NCBI RefSeq assembly: GCF_003688725.1
Contig: NZ_REFP01000007.1
Span: 64,291-88,290 of the forward strand
Direction: 5' to 3'
Source of the DNA: Thermoactinomyces vulgaris
GTDB lineage: Bacteria > Bacillota > Bacilli > Thermoactinomycetales > Thermoactinomycetaceae
Length of the DNA stretch: 24,000 nucleotides
The notes under the pieces are model-generated. The model saw only the letters and a list, made by a program, of their open reading frames with translations, made no database searches and was not told the DNA's origin. The position numbers were made by a program, and so were the translations under genes. Numbering within the stretch: position 1 is the stretch's first letter; each line of letters starts with the position of its first letter. Shown here in pieces: positions 1 to 8,640 of this stretch.

Positions 1-177
1 GATTTGGAAGACTGGTTTCAGCAGTGGCGGTTCCGGCACATGAAAACCGTGGAGCGGATCATCGGTTACAAAAAAGGAACCGGCGGCTCGTCCGGGGTTT
101 CTTATTTGAAAAAAGGGTTGGACCAATCCTTTTTTCCGGAGCTTTGGCATGTGCGCACAAAACTACAGGCGAGGTGA
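1..177 (+). CDS. kynA: Tryptophan 2,3-dioxygenase, C-terminal fragment (5' end outside window)
   Basis: Frame 1 is open from base 1 to TGA at 175-177 and reads [58 protein letters not shown]. The [19 protein letters not shown]...FFPELW block is the conserved TDO C-terminus as I recall it. It is followed directly by kynU and kynB. It is absent from the ORF track because it has no start codon in the window. Confidence 0.8.
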   Translation, partial: DLEDWFQQWRFRHMKTVERIIGYKKGTGGSSGVSYLKKGLDQSFFPELWHVRTKLQAR

Positions 178-1466
178 ATCCGGTGCCGTCCTTCTCCTCT
201 TTTTTTGAAGAAGCATGGGAGCTGGATCAAAACGATCCGCTCGGGAAGTATCGCGGGGAATTTTATTTGCCGGACGGGAAAATCTACTTGGACGGGAATT
301 CATTGGGGTTGCTTTCCAAACGTTCGGAGCTGGCCTTGACGGAAGTTTTGGACAGTTGGAAAAAACTCGGGATAGACGGCTGGGTTCAGGGAAAAAGGCC
401 CTGGTTTTATTTCGCGGAGGATTTGGGGCAAAAGATGGCGCCTTTGGTGGGGGCGCGGCCGGAGGAAGTGGTGGTGACCGGTTCGACGACGGTGAATATC
501 CACCAATTGGTTGCCACTTTTTACCGCCCGCAAGGTTCCCGCCGCAAGATCTTGGCGGATGTACTCAATTTTCCCTCCGATCTTTATGCTTTAAAAAGCC
601 AGTTGATTCTTCACGGATATTCAGCGGAAGAAGACTTGATCTGTGTGCCGTCTGACCCGTCGGGGAGATATTTGGATGAGGATGAAATCATTGCAATGAT
701 GAATGAGGAGGTGGCGCTGGCCTGGTTGCCGGCCGTTTTATACAAAAGCGGACAATTGTTGGATATGGAAAAGTTGACCAAAGCGGCTCATGAGCGCGGC
801 ATCCTCATCGGCTGGGATGCATGCCATTCTGTCGGGGCGGTTCCCCACCGGTTTGCGGAGTGGGGGGTTGATTTTGCCGCTTGGTGCACGTATAAATATT
901 TGAACAGCGGTCCTGGTGGGGTGGCCGGTCTCTATGTCCACAAAAAACATCACGGAACCAAACCGGGGCTTGCCGGTTGGTTTGGTTCGGACAAAGAGCG
1001 CCAATTTGAAATGGCACCGGAGATGATCCCCGGAAGCGACGCCGGGGCTTATCAGATCGGAACGCCGCATTTGCTCAGTATGGCTCCGCTCATTGGATCG
1101 TTGTCCATCTTTGCTGAAGCGGGGATGGAAGCCATACGCAAAAAATCGTTAATGTTAACGGACTTTCTTTTCAAAATGGTGGATCAGATTTTTTCTTCTT
1201 ACGGATTTGAAACCGGAACCCCGCGGAATCCCAAGCAGCGTGGAGGGCATCTTGCTTTGGAACATCCCGATGCCCTTCAAATCAGCAGGGCATTAAAGGC
1301 AGAGGGCGTCATCCCTGACTTTCGCCCTCCCAATGTGATACGATTGGCTCCGGTGGCTTTATACAACTCGTTCATCGATGTTTGTGAAGCCATGAAACGA
1401 TTGAAGCAGATTATGGATGAGAAAAAGTATCAACATTACCCCACTGAATCGAAAGAGGTGACTTGA
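174..1466 (+). CDS. kynU: Kynureninase (PLP-dependent)
   Basis: The translation carries kynureninase hallmarks: [26 protein letters not shown] near the N-terminus and the PLP-lysine region [21 protein letters not shown] place the start at GTG 174, which overlaps the kynA stop as GTGA and is preceded by AGGCGAGG. The track start at ATG 24 lies inside kynA coding sequence in another frame. Confidence 0.9.
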   Translation: MNPVPSFSSFFEEAWELDQNDPLGKYRGEFYLPDGKIYLDGNSLGLLSKRSELALTEVLDSWKKLGIDGWVQGKRPWFYFAEDLGQKMAPLVGARPEEVVVTGSTTVNIHQLVATFYRPQGSRRKILADVLNFPSDLYALKSQLILHGYSAEEDLICVPSDPSGRYLDEDEIIAMMNEEVALAWLPAVLYKSGQLLDMEKLTKAAHERGILIGWDACHSVGAVPHRFAEWGVDFAAWCTYKYLNSGPGGVAGLYVHKKHHGTKPGLAGWFGSDKERQFEMAPEMIPGSDAGAYQIGTPHLLSMAPLIGSLSIFAEAGMEAIRKKSLMLTDFLFKMVDQIFSSYGFETGTPRNPKQRGGHLALEHPDALQISRALKAEGVIPDFRPPNVIRLAPVALYNSFIDVCEAMKRLKQIMDEKKYQHYPTESKEVT

Positions 1467-2098
1467 TGACCTGGATTGATATTTCCCAGCCCCTTCACTC
1501 CGGAATCCCGGTTTGGCCGGGAGATGCCCCGTTTCAATATGAATTCACTTACACCAAAGAAGAAAGCGGATCGGTCAATGTCGGTCAGGTGCAAATGAGC
1601 ACCCATACCGGAACCCATATTGATGCCCCTTTTCACTTTGACGAGGCGGGGAGCAAGGTGAACGAATTGGATGTGAATCTTTATATCGGCAAAGCCAGGG
1701 TCATTCATTTGCCGGGAAGAGAAAAAATCAAGGCGGAGGACCTGATGGAAAAAGAATGGGGCGGGATAAGCCGCCTTCTGATCCGGACCGATTCGTGGCG
1801 GGATCGGAACGTGTTTCCCGAAGAAATTTGTCATCTTGATCCGGATGCGGTCCCGTATCTGAAAAAACAGGGGATCCGCCTGATCGGGCTGGATGTTCCG
1901 TCCGTGGATCCGATCGACAGCAAGACGTTGCCGGCACACCATGCTTTATGGGATGCAGGCATCCACATTTTGGAGGGGGCGGTTTTGGACAATGTGGAAG
2001 AAGGGATTTATGAATTGATGGCTTTGCCGCTTCCCATTCTCGGAGGGGACGGGAGCCCGGTCAGGGCCGTGATTCGCCCGGTGGCAGAATCCCTTTGA
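1466..2098 (+). CDS. kynB: Kynurenine formamidase (arylformamidase, cyclase family)
   Basis: Cyclase-family metal motif STHTGTHIDAPFHF. Length is about 210 aa, and it is the third gene of the kyn operon. ATG 1466 overlaps the kynU TGA (TGATG) and lies 5 nt after GAAAGAGGTG. The TTG at 1463 used by the track is too close to the SD. Confidence 0.9.
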   Translation: MTWIDISQPLHSGIPVWPGDAPFQYEFTYTKEESGSVNVGQVQMSTHTGTHIDAPFHFDEAGSKVNELDVNLYIGKARVIHLPGREKIKAEDLMEKEWGGISRLLIRTDSWRDRNVFPEEICHLDPDAVPYLKKQGIRLIGLDVPSVDPIDSKTLPAHHALWDAGIHILEGAVLDNVEEGIYELMALPLPILGGDGSPVRAVIRPVAESL

Positions 2099-2104
2099 AG
2101 CGGT

Positions 2105-2136
2105 AAAAAGAGGCGGAGCATTTCCGCCTCTTTTTT
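2105..2136. terminator. Bidirectional rho-independent terminator between kynB and the convergent oxidoreductase gene
   Basis: AAAAA-GAGGCGGA-gcatt-TCCGCCTC-TTTTTT. This is an 8-bp GC-rich stem flanked by an A-run and a T-run, so it can terminate on either strand. Confidence 0.75.
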
Positions 2137-3140
2137 CAGGAGAAGTTTTCGTTGACCAGAGTGACTTTTCCAACCGCCTGGCCCGATTCGAGCCGTCGAT
2201 GGGCTTCAGCCGCTTCTGCAAAAGCGTAAGTTTTTTCATCCAACAAGGGCTTGATTTTTCCTTCATCCACCCACCGGCTGATTTGTCTCAAGATTTCACC
2301 ATGGCGTTGCAGGCCTTTGCCGGTGAGAATCGGGAGGATCATAAAGACGGCATGCAGGGTCAATCCTTTGTTGTGCATGAGGGATAAATCATGCGTGGAA
2401 CGGGCCGCGATGGTGACGACATGGCCGTGGATTTTGACTGCTTGCAGAGAACGGTCGATATTGGCTCCGCCAACGGTGTCGATCACCACGTCAAAGCCTT
2501 CGCCGCCGGTATATTGTTTGACATAGTCATCCACTTCACTTTGCCGGTAAAAAATGGGGTGATCGGCTCCCAACCTTTTGGCGATTTCTGCTTTCCGGTC
2601 TGTGGAGACGGTGGTATGTACCGTGGCACCGGTGAGTTTGGCCAGTTGCAGGGCGATATGGCCGACGCCCCCGGTTCCGGCATGAACCAACACGTTTTGT
2701 CCTTCTTGAATTCGTCCCCGTTCAAAAACGGCTTCCCAAGCGGTGATCGACACCAAGGGAAGGGCGGCCGCTTCTTGGAAGGAGAGCGAGCGGGGTTTTG
2801 GCGCCACCAGCTCTTCGCGGACGAGCAGGTAGTCAGCCAGAGCCCCGCCATGCGTGTTTTTAAAGCCTCCGGCACAGGCAAAAACCTCATCCCCGACTTG
2901 AAAAGAGGTGATCCCTTCCCCGGTTTCTTCGATGACCCCGGCCACATCGCCGTGTAAAACGGCCGGCAGTTCGGGGGCAACATTCGGCACGGCTCCGCTT
3001 CGGATTTTTGTATCAATCGGATTGACACTGGTGGCGGCGACGCGGATCAGGACATGGCCGGGCAACACCGCCGGACGCTGGAGGGTTACCGGTTCAAACA
3101 CATCCGGGGAACCAAATTGGCGGATGATTTGTGCATGCAT
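2136..3140 (-). CDS. Zinc-type alcohol dehydrogenase-like / NADPH:quinone oxidoreductase (MDR superfamily)
   Basis: 334 aa. GroES-like N-terminal region (VLIRVAATSVNPIDTKIRSG), Rossmann glycine motif VHAGTGGVGHIALQLAK, and C-terminal GKVTL typical of zeta-crystallin-like quinone reductases. Strong SD AAAGGAGGAG upstream of ATG 3140. Confidence 0.85.
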   Translation of the reverse strand: MHAQIIRQFGSPDVFEPVTLQRPAVLPGHVLIRVAATSVNPIDTKIRSGAVPNVAPELPAVLHGDVAGVIEETGEGITSFQVGDEVFACAGGFKNTHGGALADYLLVREELVAPKPRSLSFQEAAALPLVSITAWEAVFERGRIQEGQNVLVHAGTGGVGHIALQLAKLTGATVHTTVSTDRKAEIAKRLGADHPIFYRQSEVDDYVKQYTGGEGFDVVIDTVGGANIDRSLQAVKIHGHVVTIAARSTHDLSLMHNKGLTLHAVFMILPILTGKGLQRHGEILRQISRWVDEGKIKPLLDEKTYAFAEAAEAHRRLESGQAVGKVTLVNENFS

Positions 3141-3167
3141 GGTTTTCTCCTCCTTTATTTTTTAACA

Positions 3168-3176
3168 AATATAACA
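3168..3176 (-). promoter_or_regulatory. Candidate extended -10 promoter for the oxidoreductase gene
   Basis: The minus strand reads TGTTATATT (TG-n-TATATT) about 28 nt upstream of ATG 3140. I see no convincing -35. Pattern match only. Confidence 0.35.
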
Positions 3177-3202
3177 TATCTTTGGCGTGAGAAGGAGGAG
3201 GA

Positions 3203-4378
3203 TCACTCGTCTTTGGCTTTGACACCGTAGTCCCGCAAATTGAGATCGACTTTAATGCGAATCGGAACGTCGGCAAACCATTTGACTTCCCATTCATTCT
3301 TGATGCGTTGCCACAATTTGTTGTCATGGATGCGGAGGGCGTCTCCGAAACCGGCCACATCGGCCTGATAAATTTTTTGCATTTTATACAATACCGAACG
3401 CATTTGATGGACGATTTTATCTTCTGCCCTTTTTTCCAAGCGTTTAAGATATTTCGGATCCGTGGCGTCTTCTTCTTCAATCCAGTCTTCCGTCAAATAA
3501 CCTCCGGTTTTTACGTGGACATCAAAAGAAATTTTGTCACCTTCCACACGGGGTTTGATTTTGCTGGACATGTTAAAAATCCTGACGGCGAAAATGGCTT
3601 GATCCTCATCATAAACGTTTAACACGCCGCCTCCCTTTTTTCCGGTGATCCAGTTGACCCCAGCAATGTCTTCGGAATTCATGAAACCGATCAATTTTTT
3701 GTTTCTCCCGCTGATGACAGCGGCATCTTCCAGTACGATTTCATCATTTTTTTTGGCGATGCAGGGGAGCAAAAAGCTTTGGTTGCTGGCCAAAAATTTC
3801 CCTGCTCTTCCATACGTCACCGGCTCTAATATCCGAAGCGAATATTTGGTGTTGTCTGCGATACTGAGAATTTTAAGAGCCGGCAATTCATTGCCTTTGC
3901 TTTTATCATCGCTCTGCAGAAACTCTCCCGCTTTTCCTTTCGTGCACAGGATGGTGCTGCTTAAGCGGACATACGGGCCTCGAAACAGATAGTCCAGCAT
4001 GTTTCGAAAATTCATGCGTTTGGCCAATTCTTCCCCGATCAACGTGATCTTCAGGTGTTGTCCAAGGAGCGGACCCCGGTTGAATAAAGCGACTTCCACA
4101 GCCATCTTGCCTAAGGTGTTTCCGGTGATCGTTGTATTTTCATAATCGATTGTCCCTTCTCCGCTGGAGGGTTGTTTCGGATCCATAATTTGAAGGGTGG
4201 CGTTGATCACCGGTTTTTCCCCTTCAATCCGGACTTCACCGGTCTCTGTGTCACCCAGATCAAGGGCCAGTCCGATATTGGCTGAAGTTTCTTCAATATC
4301 CCGGTAGTCCCAACAGCCTGTGAGCATGATCAGGCTTACGAGAATCAAACTGACAAACAGTCGCCTTTTTCCGTTCAT
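3203..4378 (-). CDS. Spore germination receptor subunit C (Ger(x)C family lipoprotein)
   Basis: N-terminal lipoprotein signal MNGKRRLFVSLILVSLIMLTGCWDYRDIEE (lipobox LTGC followed by the WD.R.IE motif typical of GerAC proteins). 391 aa. GGAGG SD directly after the stop of the B subunit. Confidence 0.9.
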   Translation of the reverse strand: MNGKRRLFVSLILVSLIMLTGCWDYRDIEETSANIGLALDLGDTETGEVRIEGEKPVINATLQIMDPKQPSSGEGTIDYENTTITGNTLGKMAVEVALFNRGPLLGQHLKITLIGEELAKRMNFRNMLDYLFRGPYVRLSSTILCTKGKAGEFLQSDDKSKGNELPALKILSIADNTKYSLRILEPVTYGRAGKFLASNQSFLLPCIAKKNDEIVLEDAAVISGRNKKLIGFMNSEDIAGVNWITGKKGGGVLNVYDEDQAIFAVRIFNMSSKIKPRVEGDKISFDVHVKTGGYLTEDWIEEEDATDPKYLKRLEKRAEDKIVHQMRSVLYKMQKIYQADVAGFGDALRIHDNKLWQRIKNEWEVKWFADVPIRIKVDLNLRDYGVKAKDE

Positions 4379-4389
4379 GTTGACCTCCG

Positions 4390-5496
4390 TTAATTATGGT
4401 GTCTTGAACGCCGGTTGCGGATCCAGGCAACCACCAGTGCGATCGGCACAATGATGAAGACCACGAAGAGCTCGATGTGCACCAAAATGGTGCCCAGGTT
4501 AAAAAATTCATTGATATCCGCCGGCAGGAATGCGATCAAAAAGATCAAGGGAGAGACTCCGTAGATAAAAAAACGGATGTTTTTTCCGGTAATTTGGGAA
4601 ATCCCCAGACAAAAGATGTATTGCATGCTCACATAGGTGGCGAAGATTTGCAAGATCCAGACGGCCAGCAAAAACACTTCATATCGTTCGAAAAATATGC
4701 CTGTCAGTTCGTAGGAGCGGATTAATTCAATGGTCGGAAAAGTGAGGGTGATCGTCTGATCCGGTCCCAATCCGCCCACCACGACAATCACAATGACAAC
4801 GTAAAAGAGTGCGGGCACCAAAATCCCGGCGGAAATCGCTTTCCATGCTTCTTTTTTTCGTTGCATGAATGCGTTTAACACCAACATGAATTCATAACCT
4901 GAAAACGTCAGGGATGAACCGTGAATCCCTTTGATCACCGGTTCCACCCCCATTCCCATGACCGGCAGAATGTTTCGCCATTCAAACACTTTAAAGCTGG
5001 TGGCCAATACGACAAAGAAAAAGAAGAGAGTGATGGGAAGCAAAATTTCAAACATCCGGGCGACGGCAACGATTCCGCCGGTCATCAGATAAATCCCGAC
5101 AAACACCATGAGCGATATGGATACAGCCGGCGGGGTGTTGGGAAGCAAATAGAAGTGTGTCACCTCGGCCATGCCTCTCAATTCATAGCCGGCAGTGATA
5201 AAAAGATATGAGAGAAAGATCAAATTGGCCAAATTGCCGATCCATTTGCCAAAGATTTGCGTGCTGTATTGAAAAAAAGTTTGATCCGGATAATACCGGT
5301 TCAACCGGATAATCAACCATCCCATCAACAGAAGAATCAGGGTTGCAAGAATGACCGAAATCCAACCGTCCTGTCCTTGTGTGTCTTCCGTGACATTCCG
5401 GGGAAGGGTTAGGACGCCCATTCCCAGAATGACCGAGGCGATGAATATCGATGTTTGAATGGTGGTGATCTGTTTCCGATTGCTGTCTAGCATCAC
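4390..5496 (-). CDS. Spore germination receptor subunit B (GerAB/APC-type permease)
   Basis: 368 aa and very hydrophobic with multiple predicted TM segments. The N-terminus KQITTIQTSIFIASVILGMGVLTLPR is typical of GerAB-family permeases. It sits between the A and C subunits. The start could be GTG 5496 or ATG 5493. Confidence 0.9.
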   Translation of the reverse strand: MMLDSNRKQITTIQTSIFIASVILGMGVLTLPRNVTEDTQGQDGWISVILATLILLLMGWLIIRLNRYYPDQTFFQYSTQIFGKWIGNLANLIFLSYLFITAGYELRGMAEVTHFYLLPNTPPAVSISLMVFVGIYLMTGGIVAVARMFEILLPITLFFFFVVLATSFKVFEWRNILPVMGMGVEPVIKGIHGSSLTFSGYEFMLVLNAFMQRKKEAWKAISAGILVPALFYVVIVIVVVGGLGPDQTITLTFPTIELIRSYELTGIFFERYEVFLLAVWILQIFATYVSMQYIFCLGISQITGKNIRFFIYGVSPLIFLIAFLPADINEFFNLGTILVHIELFVVFIIVPIALVVAWIRNRRSRHHN

Positions 5497-5506
5497 GACA
5501 CATCCT

Positions 5507-7060
5507 TCATTGTTTTTGCCGGACCGGGTCTTGGGGTTTTAAGGTGACCGGACGGCGGTTTGTGCGACTCAGCGGCGACCGGAACAAAATGTCTTTCCAA
5601 TCTTGGGTTCGTATGGGGGCAATCGGTGCCAAGTAAGGGAATCCGAAGCTTTCCAAGCGGACGAGATGAGTCATTGTTAACAAGAAAAAGATGATGATCC
5701 CGTACAAACCGAAAAAGGCGGCAAATAACATGAGCACAAAGCGCAAATACCGGAGAGCGATCCCGGCGTTATATTGGGGGATGGCAAAGGATGAGATCGC
5801 TGTCACCGCAACCACCACCAACAAGATGGGACTGACAATGCCAGCTTGCGCAGCGGATTCCCCGATCACCAACCCGCCGACAATACCCACGGTCTGGCCG
5901 ACCGATTTGGGAAGACGGAGCCCGGCTTCCCGCAACACTTCAACTGCCACTTCCATAAACAACGCCTCCAAAACCGACGGGAAAGGCACACCTTCCCGGG
6001 TGGCGGCAATGCTCATCGCCAGCCTTGTCGGGATCAGCCCTTGATGGAAGGAGGTAAAGGCGATATAGAAAGCCGGCAGGGAAATCGACAGAAAAGCAGA
6101 CATGTACCGCAAGTAACGTAGCAGGATCCCCGGAATCCAACGGGTGTAGTAGTCTTCCGGCGATTGCAAAAACATCCAAAACGTGACAGGTACAATCAGG
6201 GCAAAGGAGGTCCCGTCCAGAAGTATCGCCACCCGTCCTTCTGTCAGCGCCCCCGCCACCCGGTCCGGACGTTCGGTGTCTTGCACTTGCGGAAATGGAG
6301 AAAAGGTGTTGTCTTCGATCAAATGCTCAATATAACTGGTGTCCAATACTTCATCGATGTCGATCTCTTTTATGCGTTGATCCACCGTTTTGACCAATTC
6401 CGGGTCTGCGAGGTCCTGGATGTAGACGACTGACGCTTTGCGCTGTGTCCGCCTTCCGAGAACATAGGACTTATAAGTAAGATTCGGCGTGGCCAAACTT
6501 TGCCGGAGCAGCGCCAAATTGACTTCCAGCGAGTTGGTGAAACCGATTTGGGGTCCCCGGACAATTGCTTCGGTTTCGGAGGGTCCCAAGCTGGTTGTCA
6601 ACTTCTTGCTAGTGGCCATTACAATTGCTTGGTCGCATCCGTCCACCAACACGGCCGTGGATCCCCGGATCAAATGGATGAAAATATCCGAATAGCTTTG
6701 AATTGATTTGATCTTATAGAAACTTAAAACGTGGTTTTTGATCAAGTTGATGATTTCATCCGACTGGATGAATTCGGTTTCCCCGGTGGTGAATTCATCC
6801 CAGTTGTGCATCAAACGGTCGAGAATTTGTTCGTTGATGGTTTTCTCATCCACCATTTCTTTCATAAACAAACAGGCCGCCTGGATGTTGGTCCCGCCGA
6901 TTCGAAAGGAACGGATGGTCAAGTCCGGATGTTGTTCTGTCAGTTTGTTGAAATAATTCACATTGGTTTCAAGGTTGTTTTTCAAACGATCCGTATCGGC
7001 TGATTGTTTGTTTTCATGTATGTCTTTTTTCCGTTTCCGGTAGAAATGGCGCTTGATCAA
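5507..7060 (-). CDS. Spore germination receptor subunit A (GerAA family)
   Basis: 517 aa. It has a soluble N-terminal domain followed by a C-terminal TM bundle (GLRLPKSVGQTVGIVGGLVIGESAAQAGIVSPILLVVVAVTAISSF), characteristic of GerAA/GerBA/GerKA. TTG start at 7060 with an AAGGA SD. It begins 14 nt after the stop of the small ORF. Confidence 0.9.
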   Translation of the reverse strand: MIKRHFYRKRKKDIHENKQSADTDRLKNNLETNVNYFNKLTEQHPDLTIRSFRIGGTNIQAACLFMKEMVDEKTINEQILDRLMHNWDEFTTGETEFIQSDEIINLIKNHVLSFYKIKSIQSYSDIFIHLIRGSTAVLVDGCDQAIVMATSKKLTTSLGPSETEAIVRGPQIGFTNSLEVNLALLRQSLATPNLTYKSYVLGRRTQRKASVVYIQDLADPELVKTVDQRIKEIDIDEVLDTSYIEHLIEDNTFSPFPQVQDTERPDRVAGALTEGRVAILLDGTSFALIVPVTFWMFLQSPEDYYTRWIPGILLRYLRYMSAFLSISLPAFYIAFTSFHQGLIPTRLAMSIAATREGVPFPSVLEALFMEVAVEVLREAGLRLPKSVGQTVGIVGGLVIGESAAQAGIVSPILLVVVAVTAISSFAIPQYNAGIALRYLRFVLMLFAAFFGLYGIIIFFLLTMTHLVRLESFGFPYLAPIAPIRTQDWKDILFRSPLSRTNRRPVTLKPQDPVRQKQ

Positions 7061-7074
7061 CGTCAGTCATCCTT

Positions 7075-7188
7075 TCATGAACGAATCCATTGAAAGAGGC
7101 GGGTCACGGCACAAGGAATCACGAGAATCAATATGGCAAAAATGAATATTTTCTTATCCGGAATATGCTCCACGATAAATTCCCACAT
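7075..7188 (-). CDS. Hypothetical 37-aa single-pass membrane peptide, first cistron of the ger operon
   Basis: ATG 7188 is preceded by GAAGGTGA at 5-6 nt. The translation is MWEFIVEHIPDKKIFIFAILILVIPCAVTRLFQWIRS, with one hydrophobic helix. The stop lies 14 nt before the gerAA-like start. The longer track ORF (to 7257) runs through the terminator of the upstream gene, so I reject that extension. There is no homology support. Confidence 0.4.
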   Translation of the reverse strand: MWEFIVEHIPDKKIFIFAILILVIPCAVTRLFQWIRS

Positions 7189-7205
7189 GGTATCACCTTC
7201 ATGGT

Positions 7206-7235
7206 TAGTGTGTTTCAATGTTTTGTTTTTCATGC
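7206..7235 (-). promoter_or_regulatory. Candidate sigma-G-type (forespore) promoter for the ger operon
   Basis: The minus strand reads GCATG (7235->7231), 18 nt, CACACTA (7212->7206). This fits the sigma-G consensus as I recall it (GHATR, 17-18 nt, CAHWHTA). Germinant receptor operons are sigma-G dependent in Bacillus. Caveat: the -10 ends 17 nt before ATG 7188, so the predicted transcript would start at or within the small ORF's SD. Confidence 0.45.
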
Positions 7236-7237
7236 GC

Positions 7238-7265
7238 AAAAAAAGACGGCCGGACATGGGCCGTC
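7238..7265 (-). terminator. Rho-independent terminator of the carboxypeptidase gene
   Basis: The minus strand reads GACGGCC-catgtcc-GGCCGTC followed by TTTTTTT, about 40 nt after the stop at 7303. Confidence 0.75.
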
Positions 7266-7302
7266 ACAGATTTTGTGAGAAAGGATCTTAAATCTTATAT
7301 TG

Positions 7303-8604
7303 TTAATCCTTAGCTTGGCAATATTGTGCCTCTTTTCCGATGACCCGATAGGGACAATCGGCTTGTTCCGCCAGATAAAGAGCCGCTTCCCGGTTCCGTT
7401 CCGTTTCGCGTTCAATGACTTCATCCGGTGGATAAAAGCCTCCGCCGGAGGTTCCTTTCGGATACATTTCAAACGTGAAGGCGAAGATGTTATGTTCGCC
7501 GTATGCCCAGTCGGTCATGTCTCCATCCGTGATGTACAAGTCGCTGGATTGTTGGGGGGTGTAACCGTTGGTTTCAGCCATGGTTTCCCCCATGGTTTTA
7601 AATACCTGATAATCATCAGCGCTCATGTCATCCGGGGTGTTTTCGTAGGTGTATCCGTAGGGCCACAAGATCAATTCGCTGTAGGTGTGAAAACTGATGG
7701 CCGTTTTGATTTGCTGTTCCCCGTTGATCACCCGGCTGTTGACGAAATCGCGGAGAGCAGCAGTTTCCGGTGCGGAAAAAGGAGCTTGTCCGCGATAGGT
7801 TTCACTGGACGGATTGCTGCTGGAACCTCCGCAACAACCCCACTGGTAACCGTAGTTCCGGTTCAAGTCGGTGCCGATGGAGGAAGATCCGCTGTTGGGC
7901 TGGCGATTTTTGCGCCAGTATTGGTATTTGCCGGTGGAGATGTCGTACTCTCCCCCGTCGGGGTTCATATTAAAGAGGATGTAGATTTCCCGGGAATCGA
8001 CAATCTCTTTGATTCTCGGATCGGTGGCATAATTGTCGGTGTACAGGTGGAGCAGATAAAGAGCCATTTCAACGGTTAAATGTTCGCGGGCATGATGCAG
8101 GGAGGCGTAGAGAACTTCCGGCTCGTCTTCATCCTCTTGAACGTTGTCGCTGATCTTCACCGCCCACAGGTCACGGTTTTCATATGATTTTCCAATGCTG
8201 AATTTGCGGACGATGTCGCCGTGATCGGAAACGGCTTGATCAATCTCTTTAACCATTTCGTCATAGTTGTGGTAGCGGGAGTCGGCATCGGGGAAATCGA
8301 GGGTTCCCAACACCGGCTCGGCTTTGGGTTGAAAGCCTTTTTCTTTCAGGCTTTTCAGTTCCGTGTCGGTTGCAAGCACTCTCACATAATCCGCTCCGAC
8401 CTCTTCGATGGATGCACCGGTCCGGGCAATTTCGGTTCGTTGTTCTTTGCTTTTGACTTCAGGGATGTGGTAGAATCCGGTGGTGGAAAAACGGTTTTCA
8501 TCCAAGGATTCTGTTGCGCTGTTGACAAAGCCGGTCATCGGAAAGGCCGCCAAAAGCATCAGGGAGACAGTCAGGGAAAACCACCGTTTTTTACGGGAAA
8601 GCAT
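7303..8604 (-). CDS. Secreted M14 zinc carboxypeptidase, carboxypeptidase T-like (pre-pro-enzyme)
   Basis: The mature region ([16 protein letters not shown]...[17 protein letters not shown]...NPDGGEYD...[38 protein letters not shown]...[15 protein letters not shown]...[13 protein letters not shown]...FAFTFEMYP) is near-collinear with Thermoactinomyces vulgaris carboxypeptidase T as I recall it. That includes the HxxE zinc motif and the FHTYSE histidine. Preferred start is ATG 8604 (GAAAGGAG SD 11 nt upstream), which gives the signal peptide [27 protein letters not shown]. Confidence 0.9.
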   Translation of the reverse strand: MLSRKKRWFSLTVSLMLLAAFPMTGFVNSATESLDENRFSTTGFYHIPEVKSKEQRTEIARTGASIEEVGADYVRVLATDTELKSLKEKGFQPKAEPVLGTLDFPDADSRYHNYDEMVKEIDQAVSDHGDIVRKFSIGKSYENRDLWAVKISDNVQEDEDEPEVLYASLHHAREHLTVEMALYLLHLYTDNYATDPRIKEIVDSREIYILFNMNPDGGEYDISTGKYQYWRKNRQPNSGSSSIGTDLNRNYGYQWGCCGGSSSNPSSETYRGQAPFSAPETAALRDFVNSRVINGEQQIKTAISFHTYSELILWPYGYTYENTPDDMSADDYQVFKTMGETMAETNGYTPQQSSDLYITDGDMTDWAYGEHNIFAFTFEMYPKGTSGGGFYPPDEVIERETERNREAALYLAEQADCPYRVIGKEAQYCQAKD

Positions 8605-8640
8605 GGGAACAAAGGCACTCCTTTCAAAAATATAATGAAT

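Noticed and set aside
24-173. ATG 24 as the kynureninase start (480-aa version in the track)
   Set aside because: This stretch is the kynA coding region read in another frame, and its translation ([21 protein letters not shown]...) has no kynureninase similarity. GTG 174 has an SD and overlaps the kynA stop.
7189-7257. The longer 60-aa version of the small ORF upstream of gerAA
   Set aside because: The extension would begin inside the terminator hairpin of the preceding gene and upstream of the putative promoter. The internal ATG 7188 has the SD.
7300-8079. A 259-aa plus-strand ORF opposite the carboxypeptidase gene, and the 8221-8700 plus-strand ORF
   Set aside because: They are antisense to a gene with near full-length similarity to carboxypeptidase T, and no independent support exists.
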